From contig NC_068988.1 in NCBI RefSeq assembly GCF_001194135.2, forward strand, positions 60,862,265 through 60,906,318: DNA of 44,054 nt. Reading direction: 5' to 3'. Position numbers and translations under genes: made by a program. This document shows, piece by piece, positions 11,056 to 23,600 of the stretch (the stretch's first letter is position 1; each line of letters starts with the position of its first letter). Below the pieces are notes generated by a model that was given only the letters and a program-made list of their open reading frames with translations, searched no databases and had not been told where the DNA came from. Origin of the DNA: Octopus bimaculoides. Taxonomy: Eukaryota.

Positions 11056-11930
11056 TAATAAGAGATGAGATGAAATGATAAGTTTTAGTTAGTCGGATGA
11101 ACATGCGTATTAACTTATTGTGTCACATCCATTACGTCTGGGAATTACGTTAAGTCGACGTGTCAGTGGAAGGTGCAAATGCTTAAAGTGAATTCAGGAG
11201 CAGATAATTCCACTAATTCAATACTGAATCCTAAATGTCTATCGACTGTAACCATTCGTCCAGAGCTAATTCCTCACCAAATTAAACGCAACCAAATCCT
11301 ATTTAGTTGCCTATATTAGGATCCACTCTGACGTAGATATTTGCACCAGATCTTCGAGTGGGGAGTGATGACCTTCCTCCGAGACCTTGAAGCCGAGGAC
11401 AAGGTAATTCCACCTCAGTAAGCGATAAAAATCCTTACTTACATTATCCCCTGTTTTGTTTCTTCTTAAAGATGCTAGTTCTGGCTTGATAGGTTTGGCT
11501 GCTGTTTCTAGTAGGTTTATCGAGCATCTGGCAGTGAAAGTATTGAATATAATCTCCATCTCGTCTAGTTTTACACATTGACGTCTTTAATTGTGGATTC
11601 ATGCGATCGTGTGAACGGACATTTTATGTTTGTGTGTATGTGTATGTATATATGCATGTATGTATGTATGAATGTATGTATGTATGTATGTATGTATGTA
11701 TGTATATCTGTGTGTCTACATCTATACATAGATACAGCCATATCCATGTACATGCATATTTCTATGCATATGTATTCAGATATATAAATATCTGTATATA
11801 TATGAACATATACATATATGCATGTTTATGTACACACACACACACACACACACACATACACACACACACACACATATATATATGTATGTATATATATATA
11901 TATATGTGTATGTATATATATATATATGTG

Positions 11931-11973
<43 letters not shown>

Positions 11974-12829
11974 TATATATATGTTTGTGTGTATATATAT
12001 ACATGTGTGTATATAGAAAATGTAGCTATAGATATATAGATGTATATATACATACATTCACACACACATATACACACACATCATAAACTTGTGTGCAGGT
12101 GTGTGGGTTGGCGGGTGTATGTTTTCTCCCACAGCAGAGACCAATTTAACAGTAAAATACTGTTGGTAGCAGCCATAATAGTCCATTTGTTGTTTAGAGG
12201 AAACCATTTAATAGGTTTTTTTTATAAACGAAATATGGAAGAATAAGAGATTAATAAAGCAACCGACCACCACCATCACCACCAACCGCAACACCGAAAC
12301 CACCACCACTAACAACAACAACAACAAGAACAGCAATAACAACAACAACATTAATATCAAAAACAATAAAAACAGCAACGCAGACAATATAATATAATAT
12401 AGAGAAGAAGACCTCAACGAAATGTAATATAGCAGAGTTTTATGGGATTTTAGCAAAATGTTATCTTGGGAATTTAGGGAACGAGTAGAAATTGGAATTG
12501 ATTTAGATACAGCATTGTATTCTGGGATATATTTTTGATTTTCTATGCTTTTCTTATGGAGAATATATTGTTTTTGGAAATATATTGTTGAGTGAATCGA
12601 ATCTAATTTACGTATTGAAATATATATTTAAACAGGTTGCCTGTTTTCTTTGTTATCGCTTGGAATCAGGCACCAAAAACGTTTTCAGTGTCTAGGATGG
12701 AGTCTCGAAGTCATCGCTGAAACTGTTACAATGATAGTAGGCAAATTATAAACCACACAGTTTTCAAAATAGACAGACAGTAGAAAGGATGTCCAAAGTA
12801 CTGTCTGTTTGTCTGTCTCTGTCTGCATG

Positions 12830-12870
12830 CCTCTCTCTCCTTCTCTCTCTCTCTCAGTCTCTCTCTCTCT

Positions 12871-12945
<75 letters not shown>
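12830..12945. repeat. (TC)n microsatellite
   Basis: Visible directly; it produces the ERERE and LSLSL ORF artefacts. Confidence 0.97.
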
Positions 12946-12948
<3 letters not shown>

Positions 12949-13455
12949 ACTGTTTTCATGTGCCTTGTCTACAGACGTCGGCTATCAATCCCATGCCAAA
13001 AATTGAAAAATCATGATTTTTCTTGGTAACAATGCAACGATGGATTACCGATGCCTTCTGTTAGTTTATTTACGGTTTGGTCTACTAGTCTCACGCTCAC
13101 CCTTGAGACACAAGGCCCATTTAACTCTTGGACAACGTATTGGTTCGCTTTACATTAGGCCATGTCCACACAACGAAGGGCTTGTCTGACATATATCGAG
13201 AGTCCATTCCATTTCCGCGTACCGTACGCCTTATCTAGAGCACAATCTTTTGTTATCTAATCCACAATTGAGGCTTTTGGCAAGTACTAACATCCTAGGC
13301 CAGGGACGACCTACGGCCTGATAGTAAAAGTCAATAAAGTGTAACTCCATATTCTCTAAACTTCTGAACTCTCGACCTGGAGCCCCTTAGATGCATTTTA
13401 ATGTCTTGCTCAGGACACAAGACATACCAGAAAACAATATTTGTGATTACGATTA

Positions 13456-13671
13456 TTGGTTTCAAATGTTAGAATAAGGCCAGTAGTTTCGAGTGAGAGA
13501 GTATGTTGATTTCATCGATCTCAGTGATTACCTGATACTTATTTCATCGATCCCGAAAGGATGAAAGGCTAAGTCGACCTTAGCGGAATTTGATCTCAGA
13601 ACATAAAGACGGACAAAATACCGCAAAGCATTTCGCCCGGCGAAGTAACGGTTCTGCCAGCTGACCGTCTT
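13456..13671 (-). mobile_element. SINE-A full-length copy
   Basis: Complete reverse-complement match from the head (GACGGTCAGCTGGCAGAACCG) to the tail (ACATTTGAAACCA). Confidence 0.9.
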
Positions 13672-13715
13672 ACATTTTAGAGTTTCGTTGTTCATTCATT
13701 CATTTATTTACCTAC

Positions 13716-13746
<31 letters not shown>

Positions 13747-13986
13747 TATTTTTCTCAAAGCAATTACCGATGAAAATGGAGCAGTAAATTGGGGTTGCTG
13801 AATTGCTCCATAACGAGATAGTGATTGATTGGTTTATTCCAAAAGTTTTGATACTGATCAGACTTTGTTTATATTTCATTTTATTATTATCGATTAATAA
13901 CGGTGCAAGAGTCTGGAAAATATACCAAAAATAAAACGCAAAAGCAAAAAAAAAAAAATAAAAACAAATAAATATAATAAATTATA

Positions 13987-14380
13987 GGCGCAGGTGGGGG
14001 CTGTGTGGTAAGTAGCTCGCTTACCAACCGCATGGTTCCGGGTTCAGACCCCCTGCGTGGCACCTTGGGCAAGTGTCTTCGACTATAGCCTCGGCCCGAC
14101 CAAAGCCTTGTGAGTGGATTTGGTAGACGGAAACTGAAAGAAGCCCGTCGTATATATGTATGTGTGTTTGTGTGTCTGTGTTTGTCCTCCACCATCGCTT
14201 GACAACCGATGCTGGCGTGTTTATGTCCCCGTAACATTAGCGGTTCGGCAAAAAGCGACCGATAGAATAAGTACTAGGCTTACAAAGAATAAGTCCTGGG
14301 GTCGATTTTCTCGACTAAAGGCGGTGCTCCAGCTTGGCCGCAGTCAAATGACTGAAACAAGTAAAAGAGAAAGAGAAAGA
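13987..14380 (+). mobile_element. SINE-B full-length, young-looking copy
   Basis: tRNA-like head GGCGCAGG..GGCTGTGTGGTAAG...GGTTCCGGGTTCAGACCC, core CACCTTGGGCAAGTGTC, (TG) middle, and tail GGCGGTGCTCCAGCTTGGCCGCAGTCAAATGACTGAAACAAGTAAAAGAG. Confidence 0.92.
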
Positions 14381-14402
14381 GAATTACTGGTCATATCTTT
14401 TA

Positions 14403-14688
14403 TTTTTTACTTTTTACTGCTTTCAGTCAATGGGCCACGGTCATGCTGGTGCAGTATCTCGAAGGGTTTAGTTGGATAAAGCAGCTCCAATACATAACAA
14501 TAAAATCTGGTGCTCATTCTAAAAATGTTTATGTCGAACAGCTAAGTTACGGAGATGTAAGTAAATTCATCAGGAATTAATCGACCACGGGGCTATAGTA
14601 GTCGACACTTGCTCAAGATGCAGTGCAGTGAGAGCGAACCCGAAACCACGTTGTTCCAAAGCGACTGTTTTAACCACTCAGCCATGCC
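14403..14688 (-). mobile_element. SINE-B copy with internal deletion, tail-to-tail with the previous copy
   Basis: Tail at 14403-14455 and head at about 14590-14688 are both reverse-complement matches; the middle is missing. Confidence 0.75.
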
Positions 14689-14865
14689 AAACCCTCCGTT
14701 ACATTAAACACGGATAAACTGGTTGCATACGGTGTTCCTATACTTTTTTTGTTTTTACTTACCCGCTTCTTAACAGGCGTTATGTTTACGGCTTTAATCG
14801 ATATTCATCATAGCTGTTATTGACGATTTGAATAATTTTGGATCAGCAACAGAAACAACAAAACT

Positions 14866-14999
14866 ATCCTCCTCCTCCTCCTCCTCCTCCTCCTCNNNNN
14901 NNNNNNNNNNNNNNNNNNNNNNNNNNNNNNNNNNNNNNNNNNNNNNNNNNNNNNNNNNNNNNNNNNNNNNTCTCCATTGTCCTCGTCATCATCATCATC

Positions 15000-15030
<31 letters not shown>

Positions 15031-15285
15031 CCACCACCACCACCATAATCATCACCATCACCATCTCCATTGTCCTCGTCATCATCATCATCATCATCAT
15101 CATCACCATCATCATCGTCGTCATCGTTATCGTCGTCATCATCATCATCCCCATCATCATCGTCATCATCAGAATCATCACCATCATCATCGTTACCATC
15201 GTCGTTAACATCATCATTATCATCATCGTCGTCATCATCATCGTCATCAGCATCATCGTCACCATCGTCGTCATGATCATCAACA
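14866..15285. repeat. (CCT)n, gap and cryptic (CAT/CGT/CAC)n trinucleotide repeat with a 93-bp internal duplication
   Basis: TCTCCATTGTCCTCGTC occurs at 14971 and 15064. Confidence 0.93.
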
Positions 15286-15876
15286 TATAAAGCAACAATA
15301 CGTAGCCACACACAACCGGAAACTAAACCTCAGCAGTATTGAACCTGCAACCACAAATTTAACAATATAGTAAAATAAACAGCAGAGTTGACATCAAGAC
15401 TATTCTTATTTAGATAATTCTAAAGCACTCAGGTACGGAATAAATAACAAACCTTCTTGTCGTTTGTGGTGTGTCATTCTGAAATGCATTGTTGATTTAA
15501 GACATGTTAAGTGTTTACAAACCAGCTATGTGACTATATCTCAAAACAACGATCCAGAATTCGAAGCAGAAGTAGGTTTGTGTCTAATTCCAATCAAAGA
15601 ACAGAGATAGCATAAATAAGGTTTTGCCGTGACATGCTAGCTCCATTTCAGTTGAGTAGTTTCCTTGTAAACATCTAAAGCCAAACGCCATATTTCTATC
15701 AATTCAATGTCCAAATATCCTATAAAGCATTGCATCCAGGTCGATGTAACCTTATAGCACCTAATCCTCTTAACGGGAGATTTACTTGTTTGTTATTCAT
15801 TAAGGATATACATACATACATACATACATACATACATACATACAGACAGACAGACAGACATACAGACAGACAGACA

Positions 15877-15919
<43 letters not shown>

Positions 15920-15936
15920 ATATATATATAAAATAT

Positions 15937-16094
15937 GACGCAGGAGTAACTGCGTGGTAAGTAGCGTGCTTACCAACCACATGGTTCCGGGGTCAGTCCC
16001 ACTGCGTGGCACCTTGGGCAAGTGTCTTCTACTATAGCCTCGGGCCGACCAAAGCCTTGTGAGTGGATTTGGTAGACGGAAACTGAAAGAAGCC
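15937..16094 (+). mobile_element. SINE-B 5' half
   Basis: Nearly identical to 13987-14146; ends abruptly after GAAAGAAGCC. Confidence 0.92.
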
Positions 16095-16096
16095 TG

Positions 16097-16194
16097 AGTG
16101 AGCTAGCAGAATCGTTAGCAGGCTGTGCAAAAAAGCTTAGCGGCAATGCGTCTCTCTTTACGTACTGTGTTCAAATTCCGTCAAGGTTAACTTT
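16097..16194 (+). mobile_element. SINE-A 5' part running into a gap
   Basis: GAGCTAGCAGAATCGTTAGC...GTTCAAATTCCGTCAAGGTTAACTTT. Confidence 0.85.
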
Positions 16195-17697
16195 NNNNNN
16201 NNNNNNNNNNNNNNNNNNNNNNNNNNNNNNNNNNNNNNNNNNNNNNNNNNNNNNNNNNNNNNNNNNNNNNNNNNNNNNNNNNNNNNNNNNNNNNNNNNNN
16301 NNNNNNNNNNNNNNNNNNNNNNNNNNNNNNNNNNNNNNNNNNNNNNNNNNNNNNNNNNNNNNNNNNNNNNNNNNNNNNNNNNNNNNNNNNNNNNNNNNNN
16401 NNNNNNNNNNNNNNNNNNNNNNNNNNNNNNNNNNNNNNNNNNNNNNNNNNNNNNNNNNNNNNNNNNNNNNNNNNNNNNNNNNNNNNNNNNNNNNNNNNNN
16501 NNNNNNNNNNNNNNNNNNNNNNNNNNNNNNNNNNNNNNNNNNNNNNNNNNNNNNNNNNNNNNNNNNNNNNNNNNNNNNNNNNNNNNNNNNNNNNNNNNNN
16601 NNNNNNNNNNNNNNNNNNNNNNNNNNNNNNNNNNNNNNNNNNNNNNNNNNNNNNNNNNNNNNNNNNNNNNNNNNNNNNNNNNNNNNNNNNNNNNNNNNNN
16701 NNNNNNNNNNNNNNNNNNNNNNNNNNNNNNNNNNNNNNNNNNNNNNNNNNNNNNNNNNNNNNNNNNNNNNNNNNNNNNNNNNNNNNNNNNNNNNNNNNNN
16801 NNNNNNNNNNNNNNNNNNNNNNNNNNNNNNNNNNNNNNNNNNNNNNNNNNNNNNNNNNNNNNNNNNNNNNNNNNNNNNNNNNNNNNNNNNNNNNNNNNNN
16901 NNNNNNNNNNNNNNNNNNNNNNNNNNNNNNNNNNNNNNNNNNNNNNNNNNNNNNNNNNNNNNNNNNNNNNNNNNNNNNNNNNNNNNNNNNNNNNNNNNNN
17001 NNNNNNNNNNNNNNNNNNNNNNNNNNNNNNNNNNNNNNNNNNNNNNNNNNNNNNNNNNNNNNNNATTTTAAAAGAAACCATACTTGTTTTTTTTAAAAAA
17101 ATTTTCGCTATGTGAAAATTTTTTATTGATCAAAAATTCTAAAATTATATTTTTTTTTCCTTTAGAAAAAAAATGTCTAGAAATATTTTCATATATAGAA
17201 AATTTCGCATTTAGAAAATTTCGTATATTAATTTTAACGAAAATATATTTAAACAATTAAAAACAAAAAGAACTACCATAAGTTTAAAAATATATGAACT
17301 TACTTTCATATGCTTCTGCAGCATATTTTGAAAGAAATATGTAATTAGATTTTAGAGTCATTCTCAACTAAATAGAAGTGAGATAAAATATACAATAACA
17401 AAATTAGATTAAGATTGTTAAATAAATGAATTAGCGAATAAGAGTAGATATATCTGTTTACTTTATCTGTTGATTGTGTTGTAACGTGATATATGGATGC
17501 TTTTCCAGGTACTAATCAAATAAGAAGATGGATCTTTGTAAATCTTCCTAAAAAAGCTTCTGTAATAATATCTGTATAATAAAGGAAAAGAAGGGGCGTC
17601 TATGCGGTCGTTTTGATATGATAGAAAGATCAGCCAAATCTTCAATTCAAGCTCTACTTCTTTAAAACTGTTTCGAAATTTAAGATACCGGCCATAC

Positions 17698-18572
17698 TAC
17701 GGTCTGTTCGGGCTAAATGTGATGATGTTTATATCTCCTCTCTTTACTGAGACAGCTTAATTTCAACAGCGTCGGAGAAAGAAAGATCGCATTTGTAACT
17801 GAGAAAAAGTTAGCTTATATGGAGGATTGGAAGCCATCAGAATAATAGAAAAGAGTTACCTGTATCATGATGATTCGCGCCGGGTATCAAAATGCCGACA
17901 TCAGGACCTGCTTGCTCAATTCTCTATGAACGCTGTAAAGGTATTAAGATGATGCTCCATGTATCATGAAATCTAAGTTCCCCCGAATTTGATAGTCTTT
18001 GGGCGTGTTTCCATTTAAGATAACAACACCACATCTATGAACAGGGTCTCAGTCATAGTGTCTGTCGAGCAGCTGTGTGAAGCTGCTAGACACTGTGGCC
18101 AATCCCTGCCTGAAGAGGGTGACTGCTGGAAGGTCATATATGTGGCGGCAAGATTCAGCTCCTTGCCATGTGTCTGAAAAGAGTCATAAGTGGTTATCGA
18201 AGAATTTCTACGACTTCTTCAGCCTCAATGTCTGGCCCTCTAATTTCTCCAATTGTAATCCCACCGATTACTAAGTATGGGGCACGGTTGAAAATGATAC
18301 CAAACACTCTACCTGCAAAACCAAGGCCGAGCTGGTGGCCAAGATAGAGGCGTTCGAAGATTTTTCCGAAGACATGAAAAGGAACATATTCGCCAGGTTC
18401 CAGAGACGACTCGGGGCCGTGTAGAAAACAGAGGGAGGCTACTTTGAGTGAACTGTTATTATCTCCCAGCCATAACCCAGTTCCTGTTTTTTGAGCATTT
18501 TTAGTTTTGGATATGCCGTTTTCATTTTTTTTTATGCAAGGCAATAATGTATGATATTTGGGAGCTTTCTGT
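17698..18572 (+). mobile_element. Internally deleted Tc1/mariner transposon of maT (DD37D-like) type; transposase remnant 17819-18451
   Basis: N-terminus MEDWKPSE**KRVTCIMMIRAG.., then a jump near 17948 to APCIMKSKFP, then KLLDTVANPCLKRVTAGRSYMWRQDSAPCH...WPSNFSNCNPTDY*VWGTVE...RFQRRLGAVVENRGGYFE*. These match the QQDSAPCH, WPPNSPDLNPLDY.VWG and GG..E motifs. The TIR boundaries are only approximate. Confidence 0.88.
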
Positions 18573-18766
18573 AGAGAATATCTTCATATTTGCCTTTTCA
18601 GCCTCAAGCTTAAATCTGCTCAATCAGACAACTATTTCGACTATCGATATTCTGTAAGCATTCTCTTAGGTTTGAATACAACACTAAAATTACTCATTTG
18701 AAAATCAGAAACTTAGTTACGCAGTTTCAGATACTATAAAACTAAACAATATATTTCTTCATTCTT

Positions 18767-18870
<104 letters not shown>

Positions 18871-19622
18871 AGGCTTATGACACCCACCACTGTGCGCGCA
18901 CAGACTCCCTTATTAAATCTTATAATTTTTCTGTCTCTCACCAGACTACTATAACTATTTTCATTTCTTTCCGATAAATGCCAAAAGAAAAATAAAATGT
19001 GTAAACCTTTCAACTTCGTAATATGAACGAAATAAATTAATATTATTTATTAGTATTCCTCTAGAGACCAGAATAATGTAGCTTACACAAGAGAAGATTA
19101 TGGAGAAGTCCCTAACATAGGAAAAGAGATGGATATAGAGCTATATCTCGTAGATAGAGAGATAGAGTGAGTTGCTCTGGCGATATAGCATTTTATTATG
19201 TTATATTAATTTTGTTGTTATGCGGTAACTAAGCATTTTATGATGCAGCGAAACAGTAATTCCTTTTTTATATAATATATCTAATGAAATAAATTATAAA
19301 TATGATGTGGAGACAAATATGCTACTGTGTATGTTGCCAATATGTGCGGTGGTCAAATTCTGTTATACTAATGTTTAAGCGCTTGTGCACACATCAATAC
19401 ATATACGGGAGAGGAAACTCGGTGTTGAGGTGGAGTGAAAGATCAGCTTCACCTGAATAAGTATACTGTGTGATATATATGAATGCATACATGCATATGT
19501 ACAGAGATATGATGGATATTATATGAATATATATACATATATAATATACATGTATGTGAGTGTGGAAAATAATGAAGGTGAACAAGAAGGAATGAGGAGC
19601 GTACTTAGAATAGAGCCATACA

Positions 19623-19923
19623 TTGGTTTCAAATTTTGGCACAAGGCCAGCGATTTCGACCGCAAGATGCAAGGATGACAGCTGAAGCGACCTCTGGTAT
19701 ATACATCAGACAGGTTAATGCTATATGAGGCGGCGAACTAGCAAAATCGCTACCGCGGCGGAGATAGTGCTTTGCGACATTTGAAGTTCCACCAAAGTTC
19801 CCTTTGTCTTTCGCATGTTCGGACTCAATAAAATAAGTAGCAGTACCAGTTGAAAACTAGGGTCGATATAATCGACTTACCCACTCCCTTCAAATTGGTA
19901 GCCTTATTCCAAAATTTGAAACT
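19623..19923. mobile_element. SINE-A tail fragment (minus, 19623-19700) followed by a diverged SINE-A (plus, 19729-19923)
   Basis: TTGGTTTCAAATTTTGGCACAAGGCC (reverse-complement tail), then GGCGGCGAACTAGCAAAATCG...AGGGTCGATATAATCGACTTACCC...AAATTTGAAAC. Confidence 0.75.
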
Positions 19924-19938
19924 TATTTAACAATATAC

Positions 19939-19975
<37 letters not shown>

Positions 19976-20184
19976 ATTTTTATATTAAGATTTTTATATT
20001 AAGATTTTTGAATAAATTAATGAAGAAGGTTAATATTTTTAATGAATTTGTCATTTTCGATGGGTGTGTAGCATACACATATACTATACCCGGAATATAC
20101 GCCCCTAGTAGATTTAATATTTTGAACTACCTTGAATCTTTGTGTAGATTAAACAGTTATGTATATGCTGTTGGTATAAATTTG

Positions 20185-20359
20185 ATAACTTTTTTGACCG
20201 CCAGGATGAAAAAATTTCATCAATGGGATCAAAACATGCAATACCGATTAAGGAAGTGTGTGGATCGAACGGGAGATTATGTTGCAAAATTAGGCTCATT
20301 TAGTCACATTCCTTGCAAGTGTCTCGGTCAACCTATGAACTTTTCAGCTGACCTTCGTA
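20185..20359 (+). mobile_element. Mariner transposase 3' end plus right TIR
   Basis: RLRKCVDRTGDYVAK resembles the mariner terminus RW.KCV...GDYVEK. It is followed by GGTCAACCTATGAACTTTTCAGCTGACCTTCG and TA (mariner-type TIR plus TA target). Confidence 0.8.
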
Positions 20360-20483
20360 CATTTATCTATATGTACTATATATTGCAAATGATGTCGTAT
20401 CTATTACATATATAATAAGATTATGAAACGAAGAATGTAATACACATATTATTCTCTCACCTCCTTTATCTGTTCTCTTATCT

Positions 20484-20543
<60 letters not shown>

Positions 20544-21005
20544 CATACATACATATATTCTTACATGGTGAGCAAAAGAGTACTTACGTCGCGATATGTA
20601 TATATAANNNNNNNNNNNNNNNNNNNNNNNNNNNNNNNNNNNNNNNNNNNNNNNNNNNNNNNNNNNNNNNNNNNNNNNNNNNNNNNNNNNNNNNNNNNNN
20701 NNNNNNNNNNNNNNNNNNNNNNNNNNNNNNNNNNNNNNNNNNNNNNNNNNNNNNNNNNNNNNNNNNNNNNNNNNNNNNNNNNNNNNNNNNNNNNNNNNNN
20801 NNNNNNNNNNNNNNNNNNNNNNNNNNNNNNNNNNNNNNNNNNNNNNNNNNNNNNNNNNNNNNNNNNNNNNNNNNNNNNNNNNNNNNNNNNNNNNNNNNNN
20901 NNNNNNNNNNNNNNNNNNNNNNNNNNNNNNNNNNNNNNNNNNNNNNNNNNNNNNNNNNNNNNNNNNNNNNNNNNNNNNNNNNNNNNNNNNNNNNNNNNNN
21001 NNNNN

Positions 21006-21059
<54 letters not shown>

Positions 21060-21399
21060 GTGTTATTCTCCTGGTCAGAATAGTACCGACAGCCGGTTGC
21101 ATGAGATGAATATACTTATACTTTACAGTATTAGTGGGTTCTTAGAGGCAGAAGGTATGAATTCTCTAATGTACTCCGCTCCGTACACATAGCAAGCAGA
21201 TCATTAGACAGCATGATATTGTATAAATGAATGATAAAAGAACGGGAGTTATATAAACATTTTCATTGCCTTACTGCCGTTTTTGGTATAAGGAAGCTTG
21301 CAAGCATATATTCATATATATATACACTATCTTTCTATCTTCTGTCTGTTTGTGCCTCTATTTCTTTTACTCTCTCTCCATCTACCTATCTATCTATCA

Positions 21400-21440
<41 letters not shown>

Positions 21441-22992
21441 ATCCAAAGCATTATTTTCGATGATTTTATCGTGAAGACGTTACAGGCAAAAATCGAAACG
21501 TTGATGTTACAATATACAAGTAGAGAAGTATTATACAAATGTCTTTGTTTAATATATAAAACAGAAACATTGGAGATTGTTCATAAAAATAACACGTCGC
21601 TGTTTCGGAATAAATATCATCAGATATGCTGTCAGTCTGACGTCTACAACAAGCAAAAGCAATGTTGAAACCGTCCTCCACACACTCGTTCAGCTTCGAG
21701 AGATCATTTTGAGTTTTCGAATTATGTCGAATGGCTTCCGGTGTCAGAGCCAGATTTTATCAGCGAGAGCTGATTAAAGGTTATTGGCATTGTAACTCTC
21801 CTTCCTTTAATTTCGCCATACAAAAAAGACAAAGAAAAAAAAAACAATATAGAAAATGCAAAAAAAGTAGAAAGAATCAAAGCCAAAGGATAAGAATATA
21901 AAAACAAAAATAATTATATCTATTTATTTCCTATTGATTATAATCTGTCATGTTCTTTATTTATCATTAACCAAGAATTCTTTAAAGAGTACACTTAATA
22001 CGTCTTTCATCTACTTTATCACATTATATNNNNNNNNNNNNNNNNNNNNNNNNNNNNNNNNNNNNNNNNNNNNNNNNNNNNNNNNNNNNNNNNNNNNNNN
22101 NNNNNNNNNNNNNNNNNNNNNNNNNNNNNNNNNNNNNNNNNNNNNNNNNNNNNNNNNNNNNNNNNNNNNNNNNNNNNNNNNNNNNNNNNNNNNNNNNNNN
22201 NNNNNNNNNNNNNNNNNNNNNNNNNNNNNNNNNNNNNNNNNNNNNNNNNNNNNNNNNNNNNNNNNNNNNNNNNNNNNNNNNNNNNNNNNNNNNNNNNNNN
22301 NNNNNNNNNNNNNNNNNNNNNNNNNNNNNNNNNNNNNNNNNNNNNNNNNNNNNNNNNNNNNNNNNNNNNNNNNNNNNNNNNNNNNNATATATATATATTT
22401 ATATATTTATATGTTTATACATATATATATATATCCTATTATATATATGCTTATATCCATACTCAAATGTATGCGTGAGTGTGTTTGCGTGTGTGTGTAT
22501 GAGTGAATAAGGAAGGAATATTTAAAGAGAACATTTTATATATATTGAATATAATTATTTTGGCTGTGTACATAAACATTAAAGGCGAAACAACAACCCG
22601 GATAATTCTGCCTTTAAAGGCGAAGCGAAAATGAAGTTACAGATGTTTTTATTGTGTATTAATAGCTGATAATTCGCCAGATGATAACAACCTATCTATA
22701 GTGTGATAAACTCTTTAAAACAGTCACAATTAATTTTGTTTGCACATTCAAATAACATCGATCTAGAAATCGAGAGACCGTACTAAATTTCTACATAAAT
22801 TATCTTCTTCTCTTTTCTCTATCTCAAATGACACAATCTTTCCACGTTTATCTTTGTCTTTATCAATTTTCTTCTCCGTCTCTTTCGCTCTCTTCGTCTT
22901 CGCGCTTGTAAATTATTCACAATATATCAACGCTATTTCTTTTAATTGGACCGCAAAAAAAAGAAACTGTAAATACACTACATCAATCCCTG

Positions 22993-23155
22993 GGATGCGG
23001 TCATACTGGGGCACTGCCATATAAGTTTCTATATTTTACTCTTTCAGTTTCATTCGTACGGCAACGGCCATACTGCAGCATTGCCTTGAAAATTTCTCTT
23101 GATTTACCATATCATTGTATCAGTTGTTGGACTGTGGCCAAACTGGGGCACCACC
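22993..23155 (-). repeat. Three spaced degenerate copies of the LINE/SINE-B 3' tail motif
   Basis: Variants of GACTGCGGCCATGCTGGAGCACCGCC at 22993-23018, 23061-23085 and 23129-23155. Confidence 0.65.
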
Positions 23156-23343
23156 TTTTACATTTCTCTAACTTGTCTATGCAGTTCTTCCCCTTGAGAG
23201 AGGCCATATTGATTTATTTTAAATATTGCTTACTTGCATTTTGTGTATAAATCATATGTAAGAATATTAAGATTTATTAAGACTATTTAAATCTCCACTT
23301 AAATCTCTTTTGCTAATTCGATAACTGCGTAATATACTAAACC

Positions 23344-23600
23344 AAGGGTACGAATACAAGCGGCCGAAATGGATTTCCTCCGAAGGGTCTCTGGGGTAAA
23401 CCTACTCAGTAGAATATATAGCTCGGAGATCAGAAAGTCTCAACAGATCGAGCCGCTACTTCTTCGTATTTAGAGACTATTTCCTCTGGTTTCACGGACA
23501 TGTCAGTGGAAAGTATTGCTAGACAGATCGTCCAACGGAAACCAACCAGTAGGTGACATAAAAGAGGAGTGGAATGGCCGGGTAATGTCAGCTCAAGCAG
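23344..23600 (+). mobile_element. RTE-clade LINE ORF C-terminal fragment
   Basis: RVRIQAAEMDFLRRVSGVNLLSRIYSSEIRKSQQIEPLLLRI*R, then after frameshifts GHV and MSVESIARQIVQRKPTSR. This matches the RTE/Rex3-type motif RIQAAEM.FLRRVAG...S.IRE.L.VEPLLLRIER.QLRW.GHV.RM. Confidence 0.88.

Noticed and set aside
14817-15313. Poly-Asp, poly-His and poly-Ser ORFs (also 31497-31808 and 34857-35333)
   Set aside because: All frames are open only because of trinucleotide repeats; no splice or domain support.
19974-20010. TAAGATTTTTATAT repeated about 2.7 times as a possible CRISPR-like or regulatory array
   Set aside because: Simple 14-bp tandem slippage with no spacers.
21590-21630. Minus-strand CTGATGA-TATTTATTCC-GAAACAGC
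   Set aside because: Core boxes are present, but there is no stem II and no NUH followed by a stem I partner.
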